Origin: an uncultured bacterium
GTDB lineage: Bacteria; Verrucomicrobiota; Kiritimatiellia; RFP12; UBA1067
Direction: 5' to 3'
NCBI GenBank assembly: GCA_902761275.1
Contig: CACWJS010000001.1
Location: 11,477 to 75,476, forward strand
DNA: 64,000 bases
Shown: one piece after another, positions 55,542 through 63,953 of the stretch
How the letters are laid out: each line of letters starts with the position of its first letter
Numbering within the stretch: position 1 is the first letter of the stretch
Translations under genes and position numbers: made by a program
Notes under the pieces: generated by a model
The model's database searches: none
Told to the model about the DNA's origin: nothing
Seen by the model: the letters and a program-made list of their open reading frames with translations, nothing else

Positions 55542-55572
55542 TAACGGCGGCGATAACTTGCCAAGTCACCAA

Positions 55573-56685
55573 CTACCAAAGATGCAGCATTGTTATGAGG
55601 ATAAGAACACCGAGGAGTGCAAAGACGAGGCCAATCGCGATCTTCGCGGGGATCACGTTGCGCGACGACCATTTCGCCATCTGGAATGCGTCGGTCGTCT
55701 TCGAGGCGAGGACGAACACGGCGACAAGCGGAAAGACGAACGCAAGATTGTAGAGCGCGAGCAGAGCGAAGGAACGCCATGCCCCAGGCTCGCGAGATAT
55801 GAGTGCGAGGACAGGCACGTAGACCTGCCCCGTGCAGAGTGCGTCGAGCAGCGTCACGAGGAAGGCGCAACCGAATCCTGCGAGGACAACCGCCGGGCCG
55901 CTCCAGCTCTCCATCGCAATCTTACGTATCAGCACCTTCACCCCCTCCGGCAGCTTCAGAGTCACGACGGAGAAGACGGGTATTTTGCGGAAGCGCAGCG
56001 CATCGCGGAAACTCAGGAACGACAGTACGAAAAGCGAGAGCGCAAGAAGGGCCATCACTACGTCGTGGACTACGCGGAGCCCTTCTAACACCTTCAAGGC
56101 CTGCATGAGCCCAAGGCCCATCAGCATGTATGTGACGAACGTTCCGGCGCAGAAAGAAAGTCCGCCGAGGATTCGCGCCTTGCGCTTGCGCCCGCCGATG
56201 GCGAGGATTCCGGCAAGGGAAATCATGATCGCAAAGGAACAGGGGTTGAATCCGTCGACGATTCCCGCGAGGACGACGGTCGGAAGTGTCCAGCGCGACG
56301 CAGCGGCGGCGGTCTTCGACTCGACGGCCATTCCAGTAACGGGAATGTTTATCACGGGGCTTTCTGGGTCGTCGCAAAGAATCTGGACGTGCTTGGAGAA
56401 CTCGCCTGGGAGCATGGCCTTGAGCGCAACCGAGAGTGTCGCAGAAGACGACGGTGCGATGCACATAGCCGACAGCACGGCGTCAGTGCCGCAGCAGCCC
56501 TTAACCTGCGAGACGGCGACGGGCGAGGACGAGGCGTTGCGTATCTCGACCGACTTCGTCGCCGCCTCCCCCGCGGCTATCTCGCCGAACGCCACGCCCT
56601 CCGGCGGAACGGCAAGGCGAGGCGCGGAGAGGGCGGAGAGAATCGGGAGACAACATAGACAACAGAAAACAACTATTCTTCTCAT
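55573..56685 (-). CDS. DUF1573 (ASPM-like beta-sandwich) fused to CcdA/DsbD-family thiol:disulfide transmembrane domain
   Basis: Signal peptide; KSVEIRNASSSPVAVSQVKGCCGTDAVL (DUF1573-like); TM domain with GFNPCSF and LDALCTGQ Cys pair typical of CcdA/DsbD. Confidence 0.7.
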   Translation of the reverse strand: MRRIVVFCCLCCLPILSALSAPRLAVPPEGVAFGEIAAGEAATKSVEIRNASSSPVAVSQVKGCCGTDAVLSAMCIAPSSSATLSVALKAMLPGEFSKHVQILCDDPESPVINIPVTGMAVESKTAAAASRWTLPTVVLAGIVDGFNPCSFAIMISLAGILAIGGRKRKARILGGLSFCAGTFVTYMLMGLGLMQALKVLEGLRVVHDVVMALLALSLFVLSFLSFRDALRFRKIPVFSVVTLKLPEGVKVLIRKIAMESWSGPAVVLAGFGCAFLVTLLDALCTGQVYVPVLALISREPGAWRSFALLALYNLAFVFPLVAVFVLASKTTDAFQMAKWSSRNVIPAKIAIGLVFALLGVLILITMLHLW

Positions 56686-56693
56686 GTTTTTTA

Positions 56694-56723
56694 GCCGTGT
56701 AGAACGTGTAGATACGTGTAGAA
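56694..56723. repeat. Tandem (CGTGTAGAA/T)3 decamer repeat at promoter position of the DUF1573-CcdA gene
   Basis: ccgtgtagaa cgtgtagata cgtgtagaac immediately upstream of ATG 56685. Confidence 0.55.
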
Positions 56724-56726
56724 CAT

Positions 56727-57746
56727 TTAGTCAGCACGTTCGTTGATTCGTCGTATCGCCGCTTCGACTGCGGCCGAGCGGCGGGAGTCGCCCTTGAAGC
56801 GCTCTATAAGCGCGATGTCATCCGCGTTGCCGAGAAGCCCGATGGACCCGATGCAGACCGTGTCGAGAACTGCGTCGCGAGACGGCGAGGACAGGGTTTC
56901 GCGGAGAACCGGCAATGCGTCGGCAAAGCCACGCTCCCCGGCGAGCTGGATTGCGGCGATTCGCGCGGCGTGGTTGGCTTCCGGCTTGCACAAGGCAAGC
57001 GCAAGCCCCTTCAGCTCCTTGTCCTGCGACGGTGTCGCGCGGGCGTCTTCGGCAAGAGAGTACAGCGCCGTTCCCGCGTAGGGCTGCTTCGTCCTCTTCG
57101 CCGCCTTTACGAGCACGGCGCGGACGCGCAGGCGCCCCTTTTCATCAAGTTCGTCGAGCATCGCGCCGAGATGCTGAATGCAGTAGTCGAGGACGGCAGG
57201 CGGATGTGGGTGAGTGGGTGAGTTGAGAGTGGAGGAGTTGTGAGTTGAGATGCCGCGTCCTTCAAACATCACAATCAAGGTTTCCGCAAGTCCTTCCACT
57301 GGCGGCTCCTGGCTGCGGAGGAGGTTCATCACGTCGTTCTTGAGCGCGGCGACGCGCTCGACGCGCATCGCGTCGTCTGCCGAGCGCAGATACGTCAACA
57401 GCGCCTCAACGTCATCCTTCGGCAAGTCGCGCCTCCGCGCGATCGACCTCAACGCGTCGTTTCGCGCCTCATAGCGGTCGGCGGTCGCGGAATCCGCCCC
57501 GCAGACAATTGCGACGGCTGCGGACGCTTCGACGACTTCGTGATCCGATGGCTCTGGCTTGCGCTCCACCGCCTTGACACGCACCTCGGCGGGCGTCTGC
57601 ACAACCGGCACTTCCGGCAACGGCACCGGTTGCAGCCGCTCTCGCAAAGCGACCACAACCGCCGCCGCAATCAGCAGCACAGTCCCGCAGATAGCAACTA
57701 TCTTCCATTTTGTCATCTTACAATTCGCAGATACCCACAGTTTCAC
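56727..57746 (-). CDS. Membrane-anchored HEAT/PBS-lyase-like repeat protein (start possibly MTKWKIV at 57716)
   Basis: N-terminal TM IVAICGTVLLIAAAVVVAL; helical repeats ending ...LLGNADDIALIERF...AAVEAAIRRI; low-complexity linker STLNSPTHPHPP. Confidence 0.6.
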   Translation of the reverse strand: MKLWVSANCKMTKWKIVAICGTVLLIAAAVVVALRERLQPVPLPEVPVVQTPAEVRVKAVERKPEPSDHEVVEASAAVAIVCGADSATADRYEARNDALRSIARRRDLPKDDVEALLTYLRSADDAMRVERVAALKNDVMNLLRSQEPPVEGLAETLIVMFEGRGISTHNSSTLNSPTHPHPPAVLDYCIQHLGAMLDELDEKGRLRVRAVLVKAAKRTKQPYAGTALYSLAEDARATPSQDKELKGLALALCKPEANHAARIAAIQLAGERGFADALPVLRETLSSPSRDAVLDTVCIGSIGLLGNADDIALIERFKGDSRRSAAVEAAIRRINERAD

Positions 57747-57815
57747 TTCACTCGCCTCACATCATTCGGCCTCGACCGCTCAAGCATGGACTGTCAACTC
57801 AGACCTTTTAGCATA

Positions 57816-58244
57816 TCAATCTGTAGTCCATATTCCTCTTGCATTTTCATAGTGAAGGTCATATCCTTTGAATGGGAAGGATCTTGGTCTATGCTCTTTC
57901 ATTATTCCAGAGTAAGAAGTTTTTCTTGAAAACCGATACTCGTCAAAAGAAATCCATGCTTCTGATAACACAACCCCAAGAAATATTACCAGCAGGATCT
58001 TGGATGCGGCGAAATCGAAAATACCAGCGCATGACGATTGCTTTACCGCAATGCGGACAAAGCACAACAGGACAGACACTGTAAACACAACGCCAGTTGC
58101 AAGCACGACGCCGACCAATGCGCCTCGCATGCTAAAGCCAATAATCTCCGTCATGCATCTCCCTTCTCCATACATTTTGAATGTCACCAATAAAATGACA
58201 ATCTGCAACATACTTCTTAATAGATTTCCGCAATTATCTGACAT
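57816..58244 (-). CDS. Putative immunity protein for the RHS C-terminal toxin (small membrane protein)
   Basis: Start MSDNCGN at 58244 overlaps RHS stop (58234-58236) by 11 nt; 2-3 TM helices; AT-rich like the RHS tail. Confidence 0.45.
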   Translation of the reverse strand: MSDNCGNLLRSMLQIVILLVTFKMYGEGRCMTEIIGFSMRGALVGVVLATGVVFTVSVLLCFVRIAVKQSSCAGIFDFAASKILLVIFLGVVLSEAWISFDEYRFSRKTSYSGIMKEHRPRSFPFKGYDLHYENARGIWTTD

Positions 58245-61200
58245 ATGGAGGCTCCTCTCCACCTCGTGGTTCCTTAGGGGGGCCACCAAATTCGCCAGGA
58301 GGGACTATATATGGAGGTTGTTTCCCTATTCCTGATGCTATGTGATTAACACATGTTTCCATTGAATAATAGTTAACCGCACACTTTATTTTCACACAAG
58401 TACTTCCATCAACTTTGTATGTGGTGCCGCCAATGACAAAGCCATCAACAAGAAGCCATTTCCCTGCCAGTCCTCCGTATGCCGGGTTGCTGTATTCGTC
58501 AATTATCCAAATCCGCAACAATCCTTTGCAACTGTTATCAATGAAGAGTTTTCCTCTACCAAATTTGAAGCAACATTGGCATAAAGCTAGTCCCAAAAGG
58601 TCGAAATTACCTATAGGATTATTACCAGCAAATGCAATTTTCTGGACTACTTTTTCCCCCGAGGCTGAATCTCCACTGAGCAATTGGTCAAATATTGGAT
58701 CTAAAGACAGCCAACGCCCAGTAGCCATATGGAAATGCCGAAAATTGAAGTATAATAAACCCAAAGGGCAATCACTATATTCAGAACTGAAACGCCAAGG
58801 ATTACAATCGCCATCAATCATCCTAATGCACGTTCCAAATGGAGCATAATCGTAATGATACATATTTTTTGACGCCACCTCAGACACATTCTTATTCCCA
58901 TCATGAAAATAATACGATGCGCTTGCATTGTTCCGCCACACAAGCGGACGTGTCGCGACTGGTTCCGTCGGGTCCCACACATAGACATTTCCGTTGTTGT
59001 CGGCAATCTGAAGATAGCCCGCACAGGTGAAGAACTGTGAGTTTTTAACCACCCTGCGCCCCATACGATCGTATGACATGACGATGTTCGTGTCACCATT
59101 CGACCACTGAACGGGGCGGTTCTCGCCGTTATATATGACAGACCAGATGCCATTATCTGCTTTGATTAGGGTTTGATTGCCGTCATCGTCGTATTGTGGA
59201 CCGAAAACAGCATTTTCATTTGCAACAACACTGGTATTCGATATTAGCGTATACTGGTTCAGACAGTTGGCAACATATTCTGTGCGATTCGTGGCTTCCA
59301 ACGACCACAAACGATTGCCTATACAATCATATTTGTAGACATATTGATAATTCCTATCTACTGACACGACGGCGTTAGTCAATTCACCTCGGATGTTGTA
59401 GCCATACGAAATGACCTCTTCCTGTTCAAATGAGGAACCTGAGTGCGAGCATGAAACACACCTTCTCGTCGCACCGTAAGTATAATCGTACCGTGAAATC
59501 ACATTCGTTGGCGTGGTGTTGCAAACTTGAAGCAGCTGGTTGTTGGCATCGTATTGCCATGACGCGGTCATGCCATTGGGGTATGCGAGCAGGGATTTCA
59601 AATCTGAACCGGGAAGATACGACCACACAAATGGGGTCTCAGAACCGGCGGCAAGCATAGACGCAATACGCCCTGTTGCGTGATCATAACCTATCACAGT
59701 CTGCCATTCACCATTGAACGCATAGCCAGCATCGCGGCCGAAGTTATCCCAATGGCGAATGATTGTATTGGTTCCGGCCACGCCAATGACGGTTTCGTTG
59801 GTGAGAGAACCGAAAGAGTCGTAGAGGAAGGTGGTTGTGCCTGCGGCGTCGTGAGCTTCGGTCTGGCGGCCAATGGCATCGTATACGAGAGAAACCGTGG
59901 GTGTATTGTCAGAGTAGACTGTGTTAGTGAGGCTGCCCCATTCGTCATAGGAGTAGTCTGTGACGATGCCGCGAGCCCAGATGCGCTGAGAGAGTTTGCC
60001 GTCGGGAATGTAGGTGTAGGATGGACCCTTGCCGTCGGCGTATACCTTGTTCGTCATCGCGCCGGAGGCGATGTCGTAGAGCCAGGTGGTGACATCACCT
60101 GAATTGGGGCCGAGCGATTCGTTTCGGTACGTCATCATGGTCGCCTTATTACCGAAGATGTCGTAAGTGTAGCGCACGGGATAAGTCGCACCGCCTTCGT
60201 ATGTCTTACGGCCGCGAAGGTCGTATTCGTAGACCGTAGCGTTGCCAAGAGGATCGGTGACGGAGGCAAGATTTCCAAACTGGTCGTAGGCATAGGATGT
60301 ACGATTACCAAGCGCATCAATGGAAGCAGAGCGCTGGCCGAGGGCGTTGTACTCGGTGTGGCGTGTGTTGCCACGTCCGTCGGTATTTGCAATCTGGCGA
60401 CCGAGGGAGTCGTATGCGACTGTGTTGGTTACGGCAGAAACAGACACATCCATCAGCGAGACGCCGTAGCGAGAAATCGAAAGCGGCTTGTTGGTCGCGT
60501 AGGGAAGCGTCTGACGCGAAGCGACAAAAGGCGAAGAAACCAACATTTCGTTTTCTGTCATGTTGCCGCGAATATCGGTGGAGCGGGAACGCGCGGGAGT
60601 GGCGGCGGATAGGCCGGTAAGCTGTTGCGCAGAAGAGGTGACGAGTGGCGCGATGGCTGAGTCGGAGCAGGAGACGATGTTGGTTTGGGTGAGCCAAACG
60701 AAGGAGTCGGAGAAAACGAAAGAAGAACGCGTTTCGGTTTTGCGCCATTCAGACGGGCAAGCAGGGGCGCTTGCCCCTACCAAGCGCGTCGTCGCGATAC
60801 GGTTGCCGAGCGTGTCGTAGGTGTACTCGGTAGTCGGCTCGTAGTCGGCAGAGGTGGAGACGAGGCGACCGTAAGAGTCGTAGGCGTGAGTGGTGGCGAG
60901 AACAGCACCTCGGAAGCCGGAGCGTTCTTCACAAAGGGTCTGGCCAAGCATGTTCTCGTAGCGCTTGGTGAAGCGAGGCGAAGAAGCAGTTTCGCCCTGC
61001 ACGATGCGATACCAGCGAGTTCCGTCTGACAACATACCGGAGGTGTGGAACTCGGGAGTGATGGCGGTGCCGGTGATAGAGAGATTGTCTCCGGACGCGG
61101 AGCGAGAATAAACGACCGTCGAAGTGTTGGGGTGTTGGACGAACACGGTTCGCCCGTCTGGACTGTAGGTCGTCGTTGTTGTGTTGCTGAGAGTGTCGAT

Positions 61201-63300
61201 GCGGGAGATGGTGCGGCCGAGTTGGTCGTAGCGCGTGCGGGTTGCTGGCAGGCCGACATGAGCAGCGTAATTGGTTTGCCAAGTGGCAGTCTGGCGGCCG
61301 AGGGCGTCATAACGATAGCAGGTCGTGAGCCACGTGACATTGGTCATATCGAGCGGAATCAAGCGCGAAAAGGCGATCACGCGGCCTTCGTCGTCGTAGT
61401 CCCAGGTCGTGGTCGAGCCGTCGGGCTGAACTTCCGAAACCTTATGGCAACAGTCCCACGCCGTGGTCGTGACCTGACCGGCGAGGTTTTCGGATGTGAT
61501 GCGCTTGCCCTCGAAGTTGTATGTCATGCGGTTTCTAGCTATAGTATACCATATTCCGTCGATGTACGCCTCGGTACGCGTTTCGATTTCCTCGCCGCGA
61601 GCATTGGTAATCGTGATGTCGCGGGTCGTCTTGCCAGAGACGGGCGCGGGGGACTGCTCGTGAAGGTGGGTGACGGTGCGAACCCAAATGTTGGATGAAA
61701 GCTCATAATCGTAGAGGTCGAGCTTGCCATCCTCGTGGCGGATGGAGGCGACAAAGCCGGAGCGGGCGTCGTTCGCAACTACAGGGTAGAACGCCGTCAC
61801 CGTGCGGAGAACGTTGGTGCCGCCGTAGGCCGCGCCCTGCTCGCCAACCCGCTCGACGATGTTGGTAAAAGGCAGATAGGCATAGTATGTGCGCTCGCAT
61901 TCGATGCCGTCGAGCTTCTTCACGACCGTGCGCGGGCGGGTGTCGACGGGGAGCGCCGGGTCGCTCGGATCGACGGGGGTGTAGTCGTAGGTAGTCGTCT
62001 CGGTCATCATATCAGGACCGGAACGCGTCTCTGAGGTCACACGGTCAAGGTTGTCGTAGGCGTACTGTATGAGCAATCCCGACTGGCGCTTTTCAGTCTT
62101 GACCTGCCCCTTGCCGTTGCCGGAAGTGTAGTATGTCCAAGTCGTAGTGTCGGTTACGCCGCCGAAGCCCTCCACGCGGTTCGTCATCGCAAAGCCCCAT
62201 GACTCCCACTTGTAGTTGGACTCGCGCCGCGCGAGCACGGCTCCGCCGGGCGACCTCGTCGTGCTGACGATCTGCGCCGCCCGCTCGTCCTGCGTGTAGC
62301 GCCCCTTCTCCACCCTGACGCCAGAGGGCCTGGTCAGCGACCACTCCCCGAGGGCGTAGTCGAACTGGTACGTCTCGGGTTCGCCGCCGCCGCTCTGGAT
62401 CGTGACGACGGCCCGCTTCCCGCCGTTGCCGGAGCGGAGTGAAAGACGCCTGACTGGGCTGGACTGCGGTAGGGCGTACAGCCCCGTCGCGGCGTCCTTC
62501 GCCGGCGGCTCCTGCAGCGCGTAGACCGCGACGTCGTAGCCGGAGAAGCCGGCGGCAGGCGTCACGTCGGCAAGGCGCGAAGGCGTCAGGAACTGGCGAA
62601 CGCCGTTGGAGTCGTAGACTATCTCGACGCCCATGTCGGCCGGGGTGACGGTTCTGCCGCGCGCGTCGGTGACGGAGACGAGCGCCCCGAGCGCCCCAGT
62701 CGCGTTCGTCGCGAGGAACCGGCGGCGGGTGCCGTCGCCGACGTAGAGGTCGTAGTAGACCGGGCCAGACGCAGTCGCCCAGCCCTCCGCGTCGACCATC
62801 TGGAGCCGCTCGTCCATCTTGACGTGGACGCCCGGATCGGGCCTCCCGAGGGACTCGCCGTTCGCGAAGACGAAGTGGACGGGCTCGCCGTTCGGGTGGG
62901 AGAAGACGACCTCCGCCGGCGTCGCCCCGTCCGGCATCGTCTTCTGCCCGAGCCGCTTGAAGGTGTAGCCGCCGAGGACGGCGTAGAGTGACTCCGGCGT
63001 GAATACCGACGGCGAGCCGCCGTCCGCGAACACCTTGAGCGAACACTCGAGCGAGCCGGTCCACGGCGTCGTCACGCCGAGGCCGAGCCATGCCTTTATG
63101 CACCCGTTGTCGACGCCACTGTCGCCACCAACGGGGCATCCGCAGGTGTTGTTGGCCGGGTTGCACTCGGAAGGCGGATTAGCCTGCGTGGTTGCCCCAC
63201 CGAGGAGCACCGCCGGCAGAAGCGCCAACGCCAACGCGGCAAAGCCGACATGAACCCACGACTTCTTCGTCCGATCTGCGGCCACTTTGGAATTTTTCAT
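58234..63300 (-). CDS. RHS/YD-repeat polymorphic toxin with short Cys-rich C-terminal toxin domain
   Basis: 1688 aa; signal peptide; dozens of YD repeats (YDALGR, YEYDLRGRK, YTYDIFGNK, RYDYTYG); RHS core (YYFHDGNKNVSEV...YAPFG...NPWRFSSEY...YFNFRHFHMATGRWLSLDP) ending NNPIGNFDLLGL (NPxxxxDxxGL cleavage-type motif); ~115-aa variable tail. Confidence 0.9.
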   Translation of the reverse strand: MKNSKVAADRTKKSWVHVGFAALALALLPAVLLGGATTQANPPSECNPANNTCGCPVGGDSGVDNGCIKAWLGLGVTTPWTGSLECSLKVFADGGSPSVFTPESLYAVLGGYTFKRLGQKTMPDGATPAEVVFSHPNGEPVHFVFANGESLGRPDPGVHVKMDERLQMVDAEGWATASGPVYYDLYVGDGTRRRFLATNATGALGALVSVTDARGRTVTPADMGVEIVYDSNGVRQFLTPSRLADVTPAAGFSGYDVAVYALQEPPAKDAATGLYALPQSSPVRRLSLRSGNGGKRAVVTIQSGGGEPETYQFDYALGEWSLTRPSGVRVEKGRYTQDERAAQIVSTTRSPGGAVLARRESNYKWESWGFAMTNRVEGFGGVTDTTTWTYYTSGNGKGQVKTEKRQSGLLIQYAYDNLDRVTSETRSGPDMMTETTTYDYTPVDPSDPALPVDTRPRTVVKKLDGIECERTYYAYLPFTNIVERVGEQGAAYGGTNVLRTVTAFYPVVANDARSGFVASIRHEDGKLDLYDYELSSNIWVRTVTHLHEQSPAPVSGKTTRDITITNARGEEIETRTEAYIDGIWYTIARNRMTYNFEGKRITSENLAGQVTTTAWDCCHKVSEVQPDGSTTTWDYDDEGRVIAFSRLIPLDMTNVTWLTTCYRYDALGRQTATWQTNYAAHVGLPATRTRYDQLGRTISRIDTLSNTTTTTYSPDGRTVFVQHPNTSTVVYSRSASGDNLSITGTAITPEFHTSGMLSDGTRWYRIVQGETASSPRFTKRYENMLGQTLCEERSGFRGAVLATTHAYDSYGRLVSTSADYEPTTEYTYDTLGNRIATTRLVGASAPACPSEWRKTETRSSFVFSDSFVWLTQTNIVSCSDSAIAPLVTSSAQQLTGLSAATPARSRSTDIRGNMTENEMLVSSPFVASRQTLPYATNKPLSISRYGVSLMDVSVSAVTNTVAYDSLGRQIANTDGRGNTRHTEYNALGQRSASIDALGNRTSYAYDQFGNLASVTDPLGNATVYEYDLRGRKTYEGGATYPVRYTYDIFGNKATMMTYRNESLGPNSGDVTTWLYDIASGAMTNKVYADGKGPSYTYIPDGKLSQRIWARGIVTDYSYDEWGSLTNTVYSDNTPTVSLVYDAIGRQTEAHDAAGTTTFLYDSFGSLTNETVIGVAGTNTIIRHWDNFGRDAGYAFNGEWQTVIGYDHATGRIASMLAAGSETPFVWSYLPGSDLKSLLAYPNGMTASWQYDANNQLLQVCNTTPTNVISRYDYTYGATRRCVSCSHSGSSFEQEEVISYGYNIRGELTNAVVSVDRNYQYVYKYDCIGNRLWSLEATNRTEYVANCLNQYTLISNTSVVANENAVFGPQYDDDGNQTLIKADNGIWSVIYNGENRPVQWSNGDTNIVMSYDRMGRRVVKNSQFFTCAGYLQIADNNGNVYVWDPTEPVATRPLVWRNNASASYYFHDGNKNVSEVASKNMYHYDYAPFGTCIRMIDGDCNPWRFSSEYSDCPLGLLYFNFRHFHMATGRWLSLDPIFDQLLSGDSASGEKVVQKIAFAGNNPIGNFDLLGLALCQCCFKFGRGKLFIDNSCKGLLRIWIIDEYSNPAYGGLAGKWLLVDGFVIGGTTYKVDGSTCVKIKCAVNYYSMETCVNHIASGIGKQPPYIVPPGEFGGPPKEPRGGEEPPYVR

Positions 63301-63317
63301 CGTCGTTTTCCCCGAAT

Positions 63318-63953
63318 TCAGTTATTGGAATATATCAGACTTCCGTCCTGGTAGATGTAGGTGCGGTGACAGACCGAGGTTGTCACGCCGCGCGCGCGGA
63401 TGAAACGGATCGTGTAGTGACCGTCGGCGTCGAAGTCTTCCGCCGTCAGGGTCTTGGTGCGCGTCCCGTCCTCGAACGCCACACCGGCTACGAATATGGA
63501 GAGCGTGACCGTCATCCCCTCGGGGACCGAACCGAGAAGGAGCGATATCTCCACGAGCTGCGAACCGTCTGGATATGTATCGGCAATGCGGTAATATGTC
63601 CCGTTGTCCGCCCACACGGGCGATACCTGCACGGCGTCCGATATCGCACCATCCTCGGCGAGCCGGGAGACCATCCCGAGGTCGCGGTCGGCATGGGTCA
63701 GGAGCGAAAGCGTCACGCCGCCGCCAGATGTTTCAGCATCGACCACGAGCTCGGAGTCGTGCTCCAGGACGTTGCGCGGCGAAAGCTGCGGGCAGGCGAG
63801 CGTCTGCCTGGCGTCGAGGAGGACCGCGGGGTTGCGCTTCGGGAAGCGCGACTGGACAACTTCGACAAGCGCGTATGCAGTATCGTCAAAAAGGAGCCCG
63901 TGGTGCGTCACCGCAACGAGGAAGAGCCCCGCCGTTTCGAAGCGGTACGGCAT
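63318..63953 (-). CDS. Hypothetical protein upstream of RHS gene (N-terminus may lie near window end)
   Basis: 211-aa ORF with protein-like composition; no recognisable motif. Confidence 0.4.
   Translation of the reverse strand: MPYRFETAGLFLVAVTHHGLLFDDTAYALVEVVQSRFPKRNPAVLLDARQTLACPQLSPRNVLEHDSELVVDAETSGGGVTLSLLTHADRDLGMVSRLAEDGAISDAVQVSPVWADNGTYYRIADTYPDGSQLVEISLLLGSVPEGMTVTLSIFVAGVAFEDGTRTKTLTAEDFDADGHYTIRFIRARGVTTSVCHRTYIYQDGSLIYSNN

Noticed and set aside
57181-57250. GT/GA-rich repeats (gtgggtgagtgggtgagttgagagtggaggagttgtgagttgag) resembling the intergenic low-complexity blocks
   Set aside because: They lie in frame within the HEAT-repeat protein and encode a Ser/Thr/Pro/His linker (STLNSPTHPHPP). 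They are a coding low-complexity linker, not a regulatory repeat.
61543-61551. AGTATACCA (extended -10 motif) inside the RHS coding sequence
   Set aside because: It is a single occurrence deep inside a 5-kb ORF with no downstream start codon, so it is most likely chance. It is only worth revisiting if TSS data show an internal transcript.
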